NCBI RefSeq assembly: GCF_009914755.1
Contig: NC_060935.1
Direction: 5' to 3' (one strand)
Length of the DNA stretch: 64,000 nt
Origin: the human T2T-CHM13v2.0 reference genome, Homo sapiens
The notes beneath the pieces were generated by a model that ran no database searches, was not told the DNA's origin, and worked only from the letters and a program-made list of their open reading frames with translations. Shown here in pieces: positions 27,540 to 41,155 of this stretch; within the stretch, counting starts at the first letter, position 1; every line of letters starts with the position of its first letter. The position numbers were made by a program, and so were the translations under genes.

Positions 27540-27887
27540 TTTTCTCCAACTCTAGCAGTTTTCTCACATCATGTGTTGTTAAGTACTCAGCTGAATAGTC
27601 AAGAGAGGTCTCTTAGTAGACCTCTGGAACATATTGCTTCTTGCAGCTGTGTCTCTGTAGTACTCTGCTCTGCAAATGCTAGTTTCATTGGCTTCTCAGA
27701 TTCTCTGCACTGTCTCTTCAACTGAAGAAGTCTGCTGGGGTCTACCTGGGTTCCCTTTTCTGGTGCTGCTTCCTAGAAACTTTTAAAATAAAGTAGATAG
27801 GAGCAATCCTCGGTCTCACCGCCTTTATTTTCCATTTTTCAGAGATCACTGTCCTTTAATGCCTGACAGCCAATGTCTAGAAAGCCA

Positions 27888-27960
<73 letters not shown>

Positions 27961-28030
27961 TTTTAATTGTTTCAGTTAGGAGGCTAAATTGAGTCCCTGT
28001 TTCTGTATCTTGGATGAAAGTGAAAGTCTC
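27540..28030 (-). mobile_element. Old L1M 5' region fragment
   Basis: CTCAGCTGAATAGTCAAG and TCAGAGATCACTGTCCTTTAATGCCTG...AATGTCTAGAA resemble antisense L1M/L1ME 5' sequence. Confidence 0.45.
27891..27957. repeat. Uninterrupted (AT)33 microsatellite
   Basis: Read directly from the sequence. Confidence 0.97.
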
Positions 28031-29129
28031 CATTACATTTTATTAGCTATGTTTCTTAGTCTATTTTTATTTTTTAAAATTTTCTGTTTTAAAAAAATGC
28101 TTTGGAATTGTGTAGGGAATCATTTCCATCTTTAGTGGCTTTTTCTTCTGTCTCCTTCTCAAGTTTATTAAAAACTCTAGAGATGTGTAATTATCCCACC
28201 TAGACTTGATAGGATCACTACTTGAAATATATATCTTACATCTTATAATGTAGTTCTGCGATCACTAAGACAAGACAAAATTGCTAATGTCCTGGCTTTG
28301 AAACCACTTTCCTCAGCCACAGAGGAAATATTGCTAGCCTTAATCTCAGTGGTTTAAGGTACCCATGCTGTAGCTACTTTCAAGCAATATGCTTCATATT
28401 CAACCTATATTCCAATATTCCATCATACTACAAAAGTGGAACTTTGTTTACTTTAAAACCAGAATCCAGAACATCCACATTTTCAGCTTTTGGGGCTTGG
28501 AGATGTATATTTTGCATTTTTTCATCATATTAAAATTGTATCTATTGAATATTGGAACTAAAAATATAATTTAAAATGTGGCCACACAGTAACAAAGACA
28601 TCTTATTCAGAAGCCTCTAGAATAAGGCTTTTTAAAAGTACCTTACATTGCTCATTCTTATACATTCTCTTATTAATAGTTAATGGTGCATGTAACTATT
28701 TTCCTCCTAACAATGTGGGTTGTTTGAAGGTAAGGACCATGCCTTATTTATTTCCATATTGTCTTCACTCTAATATACTTTAAATTTCCCATTCACCTAG
28801 TGAACTATATTAGTGAGTCAAAGAGTTATTAGTACTCAAGGAAAGTATCCATTTAACAGAGAAAGAAAATGTGGCTATTATCAGAGTTAACCACATAAAT
28901 TTTATTAGAAAGTCATCTTTTCAATAACCCTTCTCATTGAATATGTTGGTTATTACAGTTTGAGTGATATGAGGTGAGTTGGAATTATTTTACTTGCTTT
29001 GAATAAAAAATAGAAATTTGTGATGTAGAAAAGAAAAACAGAAGTCAAACAAGAAAAAGAGGATACAGTTAAAATGGCTATAGGTCATGCCCCTAAAAGG
29101 AGAAAAGGCTGATGGACTTTTCAAAATAA

Positions 29130-29260
29130 TAATGCAGAAACAGAAAATCAAATAACCACCACTTATATGTGGGAGCTGCACATTGGGGGTACACATGGAC
29201 AATAAAGATGAAAACAATAGACAGTGGGAGACTATCAAAGAAGGGAGGAAGGGAAGTGGA
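29130..29260 (+). mobile_element. L1PB/L1MA 3'UTR fragment
   Basis: GCAGAAACAGAAAATCAAATA...GTGGGAGCT...GTACACATGGAC...AACAATAGACA. Confidence 0.65.
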
Positions 29261-29779
29261 ATATTAGGGTTTTCTTAGAGGAACAGAAATAGTAGGATAT
29301 GGCAAATATGTATCACATATATACCACTTCCATTTCATGATGGAATGCTGCTGTGCATGACCCACTCCTTCTCTGAGGAGAATAAACAGAGGCTTTACCC
29401 TACATATGAAATAGACTTAACTGAAATAGTCCAGTCAAGTCACTAAACTAATAGACAAGCAAACAAGGAATCAACAACAAAACCAAACCTCAGAGAAGGA
29501 GATAAGTATCCAGAGTGGCTGGAACATATTATCTTAGAAGTCCAGTTTTCCACAAAAAATTATGAGACCTGCAAAGAAGCAGTAAAGTTTTCCTTATATG
29601 CCAAGAAAAAAAGGTAACAGAATCTGTTTGAAAGAGGGCACAGTTGTTAGACCTAGCAAAAGCAACTATCTAAAGATATAGGTAAAAAATTAAAGTAGAT
29701 CATGCTTACAGAAGTAAAGGAATATATAATGACATGGTCTCATCAAATAGAGAATACCAATAAAGAAATAGCAATTATA

Positions 29780-30092
<313 letters not shown>

Positions 30093-30610
30093 TTATAAGA
30101 TGAACTAAATGGAAATCCTGGAGTTAAAGTATATAGTAACTAAAAGGAAAAAAAAAAAAAACACTAGATGGGCTCAACTGCAGATTTCAATGGGAAGAAA
30201 AAAGAATCAACCAACATCAAGGTAGATCTATAGAAATTATATAATCTGAACAATAGTGCCTAAATAAAAAGAGTACAGTGCCTCAGAGAAATGTGGGACA
30301 CCATTTAGCACACAGCAAGCATATAATGGCAATACTAGAAGATAAGAAAAGACAAAACAGTGGAAAAATGTTCAAAGGAATAACGGCTGAAAATTTTCCA
30401 AATTTGATGGAAAACATTAATCTTTACATTCTTTTTCAGAACTCCAAGTAGGATCAACACAAAGACACCCACATTCAGGTACATCTTGTCAAATGTGGAA
30501 AGGCAAGAATGAAATGAAATGTTGACAGCAAGAGAAAAACATCCCTTTATATACAGAGGAACCCCAGCAACAGTAACAGCTGAATTCTTGTCAAAAGCAA
30601 TGGAGACCAG

Positions 30611-30953
<343 letters not shown>

Positions 30954-32807
30954 TCAAAGTGCTGAAAGAAAAAAAAAAAGGTCAACCAAAAGTCTTATAT
31001 CCAGAATATTTTTCAAAGTATAAAAGCAAAATACATTCTCAGATAATAAAAACAAAACAAACTAAAAGAGTTTGTTGCTATCATACCTACCTTACAAGAA
31101 ATACTCAGTGATTTTTTTCAGGCTAATAGGCTAGGAGCATTTGGCACCTAACAGTAATTTGAATTTATATATATGTTTGTATACATATATATGGAACACT
31201 CATAGAGGTAATTATATGAATAGTTATATAAGACATTAAATTGCATATTTTTATTTTCTCTTAATTCAAAATAAATGCATAAAACAATATATGTATAATA
31301 GTGTTGAGCCTATAATGCAAACAAAACTAATATATTTGACATTAAGAGCACAAAAGAAATAATTGGAGCAAAGTTGTATTAAAGAAATGAAATGACACTA
31401 AGATACAACTTGAATCAACAGGAAAAAAATGAAGAGAACCAGAAATTGTAAAGAATAATGTTAACATAACAATGCTAATAGTTACTTTGCTTTCCTTTCT
31501 TCTCTCATGTTCTTTAAAAGACATAAAATTACATAAAAACAAGCATTATAACAATATATTTTTGTGTTTGTAACATGTAGATGTAATATATATATAACAA
31601 TTATTGAATAAGTAGAATAAATAGACCTATAAAGAATTAATGTTACTATGTCTCAATGGATTTATGTTACTATAAATGTTGAGTCTGATAAGATGTATGT
31701 TGTAAGGCATACAGCAATCGATAAGAAAGTAATATGAAATATATTTTATAAGTGAGTTTGATTTATTTTAAGAAAATAAAATACTACGTTAGGAACTATT
31801 TACTTAATTTAAAAGAAAATAGTAAAAGAGAAAAAGGAGAATAAAAAACATTAGACAGATACACAAAAAGCAAAATTACGGACATAGTGCAACCATATCA
31901 ATAACATTAATGAATGAAACATTTCCATTACAAGGCAGAGATCAGCAGAGTACATAAAAACCAAGATCCAACAATACATTGTCTATAGGAAAAACAATCA
32001 AATATATAAATAGATTGAAAGTTAAAAGATGGAAAAACACTATCACGTAAACAACAACTATAAAAAAATTAAAGTAGTTATCATAATATCAGACAAAATA
32101 GACATTGAAATAAAATACCACTTCACAATCAATGGAATGGCTATAATCAGATAGACAGATAGTGTTTGTGAGGATATGAAGAAATTATAATCATTATGCT
32201 TACTAGTAGGGATTTAAAATGGTGCCATTACTTTGGAAAACATTTTGTCAGTTCTTCAAAAAATTAAAAATAGAGTTATCATATGAACCAGAATTTCCAC
32301 TCTTAACAAAAAATTTTACATAAAATTTATGACAGCATTATTTGTAATAGGAAAAATGAAAACAGTTCAAATGTCCATCTACTGATTAATGGATAAAATG
32401 TGGTTTATCCATACAGTAGAATATTATTTAACAATAAAATGAATAAAGTACTAACATGCTGCTACATGTTATAAAAGAAAAAAATCCTTGAGAACATTAC
32501 GGTAAATAAAAAGATCCAGTTATAAAAGATTACATATTTTATTATTCTGTTTATTTAAAATACCCACAATAAGCAAATCTAGAAATAGAATGTAGATTTG
32601 TGATTGCCTGGAGCCACCACTAATGGGGACGTGTGTGAGGATGAGGATTGACAGCTAATGAGCATAGGGTTATTTTTATAGTGGCAAAGATGTTCTAAAA
32701 TTAATTGTGGTGATGGTTTTAAAATTCTGAGTATACTAAAAAACGTTGAATTATATACTAAAAATGAGTGAATTGTTTGTGAATGTTTCAGTAAAACTTA
32801 AAAAATA

Positions 32808-33035
32808 TGATTGTCAGATAAAATGTAGTGTGCTCAGTTAAATATGATTTTGAGATACACAGTGAATAACTAGGATAAATATATCCCAAATATTGCATAT
32901 TATAAAACTATATTACATTTATAAATAAAATATTTTATAAATAAACACGCTTTTATAAATAATTACCCATTGATTATCTCAAATTCAGATTGAACTGGGT
33001 GTCTTATATTTTTATTTGATAAATCTGGCAACCCT
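32808..33035. mobile_element. MER53-like palindromic hAT MITE
   Basis: TTGTCAGATAAAAT...CAGTTAAAT on the left and GAACTGGGTGTC...AAATCTGGCAACCCTA on the right form the degenerate MER53 inverted arms. Confidence 0.7.
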
Positions 33036-33557
33036 ACATCAAGACAAAATAGCCTGCGCCCAGGCAGCAATTTATCTGATTTTTCTTTAAATAACTGCCC
33101 AAAGCACTCCAAGAGAGCTAGCTTCACATCTAGTTGCTTATACAGTATATACAGAACATAAGTATTTCAACCTTGCAAAACTTAGCACATTTTATGCATC
33201 ATATCTTACTACTATTGTATTAGTAATATCTGTTTAATATACCTAAGTCTGTTTAGCCCTTGCCAAGTATACAATTTTAATAAAAAGACAAAACTTGTCA
33301 TCTCTTTCTTGTTTATATCTTGGGCATACTGCTGAAGAAGTGTGTGATGGTTAATACCAAGTGTCAACTTGGTTGGATTCAAGGATGCGAAATATTGATT
33401 CTGGGTATGTCTGTGAGCATGTTGCCAAAGGAGATTAACATTTGAGTCATTGGGTTGGGAAAGGCAGACCCACCCTTAATCTGGGTGGGCACCATCTAAT
33501 CAGCTGCCAGTGCAGGTAGAATATAAAGCAGGCAGAAAAACATGAAAAGGCTAAACT

Positions 33558-34231
33558 GTTGGGAGAAATAGGAATGCTTTTACACTGTTGGCGGGAGTGT
33601 AAATTAGTTCAATCATTGTGAAAGACAGTGTGGTGATTCCTCAAGGATCTAGAACCAGAAATACCATTTGACCCAGCAATCCCATTACTGGGTAGATACC
33701 CAAAGGACTATAAATCATTCTACTATAAAGACACATGTACATGTATGTTTATTGCAGCACTATTTACAATAGCAAAGACTAAGAATCAACCCAAATGCCC
33801 ATCAATGATAGACTAAAGAAAATGTGGCATGTATACACCATGGAATACTATGCATGAAAAGGCATGAATTCATGTTCTTTGCAGGGACATGGGTGAAGCT
33901 GGAAACCATCATCCTCAACAAACTAACACAGGAACAGAAAAGCAAACACCGCATGTTCTCACTCATAAGTGGGAGTTGAACAATGAGAACACATGGACAC
34001 AGGGAAGTGAACACCACACACTGGGGCCTGTCGGGGGTTGAGGGGCAAGTGGAAGGAGAGCATTAGGACAAATACCTAATGCATGTGGGGCTTAAAACCT
34101 ATATGGGTTGATAGGCACAGCAAACCACAATGGCACATGTATACCTATGTAATAAAGCTGCATGTTCAGCACATGTATCCCAGAACTTACAGTAAAATAG
34201 AAATAAATAAATAAATAAATAAATAAATAAA
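33558..34231 (+). mobile_element. L1PA8/PA10-like 3' end nested in MLT2A
   Basis: 3'UTR GCATTAGGACAAATACCTAATGCATG...GCTTAAAACCTA, a (TAAA)n tail and a degenerate TSD GCTA(A/G)ACTG. Confidence 0.88.
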
Positions 34232-34405
34232 TGCTAGACTGGCTTAGCATCCAGCCTACATCTTTCTCCTGTGCTAGATGCTTCCTGTCCTCAAACATCG
34301 GACTCCAAATTCTTCAGCTTTGGGACGGACTGGCTTCCTTGCTCCTCAGCTTGCAGACAGCCGACTGTGGGACCTTGTGATCATGTGAGTTAATACTACT
34401 CAATA

Positions 34406-34408
<3 letters not shown>

Positions 34409-34443
<35 letters not shown>
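34409..34443. repeat. (TA)17 microsatellite within MLT2A
   Basis: Read directly from the sequence. Confidence 0.95.
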
Positions 34444-34445
<2 letters not shown>

Positions 34446-35789
34446 TATTAGTTTTGTCCCTCTAGAGAACCGTAATACAAGGAGATTTTCTCTATTTTGA
34501 ATTAAGAGAATATAAAATATTTAACCTTGGCAACTTGTGATCTAAATCTTTAGAGACAATTTCAGAGTATAACTGAGAATTTACGTAGTAGTCAGATTAT
34601 TTAAAACACAATTTCTATCTATCACTTATATATCCAAGTAGATTTTGAATGCATTTATCTAATCCACCTTGCAAACTCATACAGTCCTTTTTTTGTTTAG
34701 TAACATCTGGGGTTATTTTTAAGTCAAAGTAAAGTTATAGAAACCTATAAACATCAAAATCTTTATTGTCGTACCTCAAACCTCATTTTAATGGTTTATA
34801 AAATTTTAGGATTCACTGTAGTCTCTAGCATTGAGTAGAGAATGATGTTTGCCTAATCTTAATAGCAAATCTACAATCATATAATAAAGATTTTCCACAA
34901 CTGAGGAATGATTCTAAAAATGTTATAAGCAATAGGAACATCGCTGGAATAAAAGCAAAGCCTGCCAATGTGACATTTACTTATTCTGATATGTGTCTCA
35001 ATATTTTGAAAACTTACAGAAATGAGGCAACAGCCTTTACTGAATTTTTAAAATAATCTCAGCTCTATAGAATCCAGTCTAACAGAAACATTTATTGATT
35101 TTTTTGTGTGTGCCAAGCACAAGATCTACAATTAAAAAAAATAGCAGACATAGTATCTATTCTGATTGAGCTTAATGCTTAGGAGGAAAACCGTAATGTA
35201 CAGGCATAATTACAAAAAATTATCATAATCATTGTAATTATTTGTGCATATTTCTGAGTATTTTTAAAAGCTTTTAAATCTTTGCCTTTTCTTTTTAAGG
35301 AACTTTCTCAGATATTTGAATTCTAATCAGTAGCACATGTATATGATTTTCTGTCTCACAGCAGTTCAGAATTTGCAAACTAGAAGCAATATGGAAAGAA
35401 AAGCTCTGATAGAGGCAGACATCTAGTAATAGAAGAAGTGATAAGGAATAACTGACAGCAAGGAAGAAAATAAAATTAAAAAGTCTACAGACATATACAT
35501 GTATCTTAGCTCAACAGTCCCTGTTCTTCAAACTTTTATCTTCATGAATGAAATTCATTTTTCAAAAGAAACCATATCTGGAAGTTAAACAAAAGAAACC
35601 CATAAATTTAAGGCTACTCTTATGAAGGTAGAAGAGGGACAGGGAAATGTGGTTGAAAAGAATCAAAGCCTTTGATTTATGCCTACTCACATATACTTGG
35701 TACATGCACGTTCCTTAGAGGAGGGGAGATAGGAAGACACACATGTAAATTTCCACCTCAGTTTGGAAACAGATACTGCAATCCCAGAA

Positions 35790-35933
35790 AATCTTGCCAT
35801 AAGAAGAGCCTAGCCAATAGTTTGACTGCGATTTCATGGGAGACCTCAAGGCAGAGTGATCCAGGTAGGTTGCTCCCAGATGTCGACCCACAAAAAACTG
35901 TGACATTATAAATATTTGCTGTTTTAAGCCACT
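35790..35933 (+). mobile_element. MLT1E/F-like LTR 3' part
   Basis: GACCCACAAAAAACTGTGACATTATAAATATTTGCTGTTTTAAGCCACT; the terminal TTTGGGGTAA resumes at ~36290, after the MST insertion. Confidence 0.6.
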
Positions 35934-35934
35934 G

Positions 35935-36275
35935 CTTTGGTTTGTTTTGTGCTATCACAGAATACCACAGTCTGGAGGCTATGAAGTCCATGATTAAGAA
36001 GCCAGCACGTTTGCTTTCTGGTTCCAAGATGGCATACCTTTTTGCTGCTTCCTCCAGAGAGGAGGAACACTGTGTTCTCACATAGTAGAAGATGGAAGGA
36101 GCAGGTAAAGGACACTCACTCCTACAAACCCTTTTATATTGGCAGTAATATAAAAGGGTTTGATTCATGAGAGATCTCATGACTAAACGCCTCCAAAAGT
36201 CCCCATCTCTCAACACTGTTGCGTTGGGGATTAAATTTTCAATACATGAATTTTGGAGATACATTGAGACTACAG
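35935..36275 (-). mobile_element. MSTC/MSTD-like MaLR LTR
   Basis: CCTCCAGAGAGGAGGAACACTGTGTTCTCACAT and TTGGGGATTAAATTTTCAATACATGAATTTTGG motifs. Confidence 0.7.
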
Positions 36276-36339
36276 CTGCCATTAACCTTTGGGGTAAACT
36301 TTGGGGTAATGTGATAACTAGTATTTAGAGCTAATTGAT

Positions 36340-37130
36340 TGTCAACAATTTTCATGTTAACTTGATAGAAAAAGGATACTTTTCAATAATTGATGGTTCA
36401 ATAACCATCAATAAATGGTGATTGATATGGTTTCACTGTGTCCCCACCCAAATCGCATCTTGAGTCTTAGCTCCCATAATTCCCCTGTGTTGTGGGAGGG
36501 ACCTGGTGGGAGATAATTGAATTATGGGGGCAGTTTCCTCATACTATTCTCATGGTAGTGAATAAGTTTCACGAAATCTGATGATTTTATAAGGGGTTTA
36601 TCCTTTCACTTGGCTCTCATTTCTCTTGTCTGCTGTCACATAAGACATACTGTTCATCTTCCACTATGATTGTGAGGCCTCCCTAGGCATGTGAAACTGT
36701 GAGTCCTTTTCCTTTATAAATTACCCAGTCTCAGGTATGTCTTTATCAGCAGTGTGAAAATGGACAAATACAGTGGTGCAAAATTAAATATAAAAAAGTA
36801 CCCTAAACCCTTCCTCATATCAACAGATATGATAGACTTGAATTTATAAGATATAAATGCTTAATCTATAAAACTTCCCATAGAAAATATAGAATAATAA
36901 CTATAAAATCAAATATTTCTTACACTGGACATAAAAATGGCATAAAACAAAAAAATTGATAAATAGAAACCCATAAAAATTAAGATCTTCCCTATGTCAA
37001 ACTTCACTATAAAGATGAAGAAAAGTCAAAGCATAGACAGGGAAAAATATTTGCAATTCATATGCTTAACCAAGGATGTATCCTGAATACATCAGACTCC
37101 TATAACTCAATAATAAAATATTAAAAAGTA
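36340..37130 (+). mobile_element. Old L1M ORF2 fragment, host of the THE1B insertion
   Basis: TCAATAAATGGTG, CTATAAAACTT...AGAAAATATAG and GGGAAAAATATTTGCAA are degenerate ORF2 3' motifs. Confidence 0.6.
36423..36772 (+). mobile_element. THE1B-like solo LTR
   Basis: TGATATGG...AATACA ends, GGGAGATAATTGAAT and TTTATCAGCAGTGTGAAAA motifs, TSD GTG(A/G)T. Confidence 0.9.
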
Positions 37131-37154
37131 TTATCTGAAACCCAGGTGAAATGC

Positions 37155-37470
37155 ATGTTCTAGCACCCCCCTACTTAGTTGCAACTATATGACTAAGTTC
37201 TAGCTTGACTCACAAAAAATATTCTCTGCATGTTTCTCTTATACTTTTCTTTTTTTTTTCTAGATGCAGATGAGCATGGCAATGTGAGAATATGTCAGAG
37301 GCCCCAGGATGAAATGAGCTCAAGTCCCTGAAATCCCTGTTAGAAGAGTCTTTCCACTGGTTGGGAATGCTAATTGTATTTTGAGTAAGAAAACACATTT
37401 CTGTTATGTTAAATCACTAACTTTGGGGGGTTTATTTGGTATAGTCACTGATGTTATCCTTACGTAATAT
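37155..37470 (+). mobile_element. MLT1I/J-like fragment
   Basis: TATGACTAAGTTCT and GAGTAAGAAAACACATTTCTGTTATGTTAAATCACT...TTATTTG motifs. Confidence 0.45.
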
Positions 37471-37959
37471 AGTTGCCTTGCATATTATTCTGTGTTCTTG
37501 TTGCAGCAACTCAATGTTTCAGCAACTCAAAATGTTACAGCTTCTGCATTGGAATAAAAAAAGGTTAGTTCCTTTGGAATTTTGTGAGTTCCAAGTTTTA
37601 AAATATTAAACCTTTAGAGCAATGATTTATATTGTAATAACAACGATATTTAGGGGAGAAAGACTAAATAAAAGGAGAGAGAAATCTCCTTGGTATTTGC
37701 CAGTAATTTACAGGTCAGTTAATTCTCAATAAATCCTGTACAAATGAGAAAATCAAGACTCACAAAAGTTAAATGGCTTTCCCATTCTCATCCAATTAGT
37801 AAATTGTGGACCCAGAATTTAAACCTTAGATATTCTAACTTCAAGTGGCAGGCTTATCACAAGATAATGCTGCTTTTACAGGAAGACAAAATACATGAGC
37901 CACGACATTTCCTCCATGTTATTGGAATAAGCCAGGTACATGTGAAGGAGAAAAACAAG

Positions 37960-38190
37960 TAGATAGTAAAAACTGTTAGCATTTTTGAGAATTTTCTCTG
38001 TATAGGCACTGTGGTAAATACCTTACTTGCATTAGTTCGATTCATCTTACTACCAGTTTGTAAGGTTGTTGCTATTACTCTGCATTTTGCGTATGAGAAA
38101 CTCAGGGTTAGAAGCTAAAGTAACTTCACCAAGATCACAGACGAGGCAAGCTGAAGAACCAGAATTCACCCTGAGAGTCTCAAGTCAAGT
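37960..38190 (-). mobile_element. MIR
   Basis: AGGCACTGTGGTAAAT...CATTTTGCGTATGAGAAACTCAGG...TAACTTCACCAAGATCACA. Further MIR pieces lie at ~37700-37870, ~39830-40030, ~40220-40470 and ~41920-42190. Confidence 0.6.
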
Positions 38191-40659
38191 ATTAAGCATA
38201 AGTCCTAATATTGTGCTATATAGCTCCCTGGGTCTTAAAACTGAAAAAGAGAACTGAACTTTCAGATCTATTGATAATCGCAGAAAATTGTCTCAATAGA
38301 TACAGTCATTGTTGAAAACCAAGCTGTTTCATAAGACATATTCCAAGCATGTATGACACAATTGCCTCTCTTTTCTGTTTAATTGACTTGTTCATATAAT
38401 CAGCAATCATTTATCATGCTAAGTGTAAGCAGCATAGGGCAGTAGTTTAGGATAAAAGGATTTTAAAGACTTATGCCTTTTTTCTTTATTCCTTCTCTTA
38501 TAGAAAAGAATCATAATTTCTCAAAAGGATAATGCTGAGCAATTTATAATCTTTCCTATTATGAGCAGGAAAATGTACTCTATGGCAACTTTTAACCAAA
38601 TGATTTATTTATATATTCATTTAATTAGCTGAGTACATCGAATTTCTAAGGCAATATTTCTCAATCCTTATTTAAACCACGCATCATCAGCCGAGAATTC
38701 TCTAAGCTCTACATTCTGTAGTTTGTATTTTGAGAATTATAATTTTTAAGTTGCAAAATGATGTTCTAATATTGCATATGATCTTAAAAATGCATATAAG
38801 TCACTATCCTACCACATCTCAGAATTCCCAGTATCCTTTACTTTTTTATCCTCTTTGAGAATCCCTGTTGTAACACCAAAACATTTATTTTAACTGACAC
38901 ATTCTTCCAATTCTATTCTTACCTCCCAGAGCCATATTCTGTCTCTCCTCAACTCTGCCCTTTCCATCTGCTCCCTATATAATGAATTTTTAAATAGTTC
39001 TGCAGTATTTAAGCATTTTGCTCATAAAAATCAAGATTTATATCTCTATGATTTTATTCTGTCTTCTGATAAGTAACATTGAAAAAGTTTACTTATTCTT
39101 TAGAGGTGTGTGGGGGGTGAGAAGGAAGGACAACAAAGTATAAACATTCAAGCTCTATCCACTTTGCTATACTTTGAGAAAATTAGTAATTAAGCTAATC
39201 GATTCTAAATGCAATCAACTGAACTTGAATACTATGTTTCGAAAAGGTAACCGAAAAAAAGAAAAAAAGAAAAAGAAGAGAACTAGGTTTCCCCTGTCTG
39301 CCTTTGCAGAAAATAGTTTTTCTAGACATCAGTTTTGCTGTTCTGAACAATAAGCTTTTGGGACTTTGCAGGTTTAAAAGGCTCTGTTGATGCTTCCGGA
39401 ATGTAGACCCATGAGTACTAGGAAGACCATCTCTAACACAGGTCGAGGGGTCTTGAATGCTAGTCTTAGAGCTGGGGTGTATGAAAAAGACTCAGAATGA
39501 AGTGAAGCCATATGCTTCTTTCAAGGAAGAAGGAAACAGTGATAAGAAGGTCAATGTGTGAGATATCAGAGGCACTGTGGGAAATTCTGCCATAGGGAAA
39601 GTGATGAGTGAGGTGACTGAGAGAAAGCACCTCAGGAGAGGTCTAGAAGTGACAGGTGTGTGGGAGGAAATGTCTCATAGAGAGGGGTGTGGTCACTTTA
39701 ATAGAGAGAAGAAATGAACACTATCGCTCCTTTAACAACATTATAATTGTCTACCGCTATGTGAGAACTGGGATTTCAGAATTAACTGGAGATGGTCATG
39801 AAACGATAAAGCACAATTTCAAATTTATATAGTTTTGAATATAATGCCAAACCTAGTCAGTTACTGGTTGTGCCTGCTTGTATCAATTTTGTATCCTCTC
39901 TAAGCTTCAGTTTATTTGTGAAAAAGGGTTTACAAAACTTGTTTCATGGAATTCTTGAGATAAATTAAATTATGTATAAACATTCCTTACTAGCATATGG
40001 GAATTAATCATTCAGTGCCAGATATTTTTATAATTAAATAAAGATGTTGTCTAGAAAACGTTACCATAGTATATCTGTCATAGGCTGAGCAGGGACCGAG
40101 CAGGGAGTAAAGCCCTTAGGTACTACCACCTGAGCAAACAGAGGACAAATCCACAAGAAGAACATTATTTCATTTCCTGTCATATGGCAGTTAATAGATA
40201 CTCATGATGAGGGATTTCTTATTTACAATAAAAATATTTTTAAGCATATCCTTTGGGCCAGGCACTGTTCTGAGGTATCAGGTATTAACTAACATGTTTA
40301 ATCTTACCCAGTGAAGCACAGTCTATTAATATTTTTATTTTATAAGTGAAAAAATTGAGGAATGAAAAGACTAAGAATTAGCTCAAGGTCACTGAAATAA
40401 GCATAGCAAAGCTGGAAAAGAAGGAAGCCTAGTTCAAGGGCCATTTTAATCATCTTGAAATCATGCCTCTCAGGGTGGCAATACAGGGATAAGTGTATGT
40501 TATAGCTACAAACTCAAACCAGTGAATTAATGTTGTTTTACATTAGTTAAATGTGTGAATTCATAGTGTGGATAGCCTAATTACATTTCAGTTATCATTT
40601 AAAATGCCGGGAGGTAGCAGGATGAATATGGCCACTCTGCAATATTTAAATCTGCTTCT

Positions 40660-41155
40660 AAATCAGTCTTCAGTATCTCAGTAAATGGCATCACTGTCAA
40701 ACAATTTGCTGACTTCCAAATCTAGGAGTCATCCTTAATTTTTCATTTTATCTCACTCTCCCTATTCTAATCCATTAATAATCCTAATAATTCTTTCTGG
40801 GATCACACCCCAAATCAATATACTTTTCTCCCTCTCCACTACTTCCACCTTAGACAAAACCACCGTCAAACTCGCATGCTCACAAATGTAACATCTTCCC
40901 AACTGGTCTCCCTAACTTCATTCTCTTCACAGCAGCACTAATAATCTAGCCTCTACCTCGCTCTATACCCCCTTCTACCTCTCTTTCTCTTGCCCCCTAC
41001 ATTTTGTCAACACTGGCTTTTTTATGTTCCTTGAAAAAAAGTTCATTTCCTCCTTCAAGCCTGAACTTTGCATTATTCTTGCCTTCATTGTCATTCACTT
41101 TTCAGGCAAAATGTCATTACCTTGAAAAGAACTCTCATAACCATGTAATTTGAAG
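40660..41155 (+). mobile_element. L2 fragment
   Basis: ATCTCAGTAAATGGCATCAC...CTAGGAGTCATCCTT...AACTGGTCTCCCT are L2a motifs. Confidence 0.65.

Larger units (their letters stand above)
33343..34479 (+). mobile_element. MLT2A2-like (ERVL) solo LTR interrupted by an L1 fragment
   Basis: Starts TGTGATGGTTAATAC...GTGTCAACTTG, contains AGACCCACCCTTAATCTGGGTGGGCACC and a (TA)n tract, and ends CCCTCTAGAGAACC.TAATACA. Confidence 0.9.

Noticed and set aside
28860-28979. Strong donor GAG|GTGAGT at 28973/28974 as an exon end
   Set aside because: No upstream acceptor with an adequate pyrimidine tract.
32808-33035. Long hairpin as a possible miRNA or ncRNA
   Set aside because: Explained by the palindromic MER53 MITE; nothing in the sequence supports processing.
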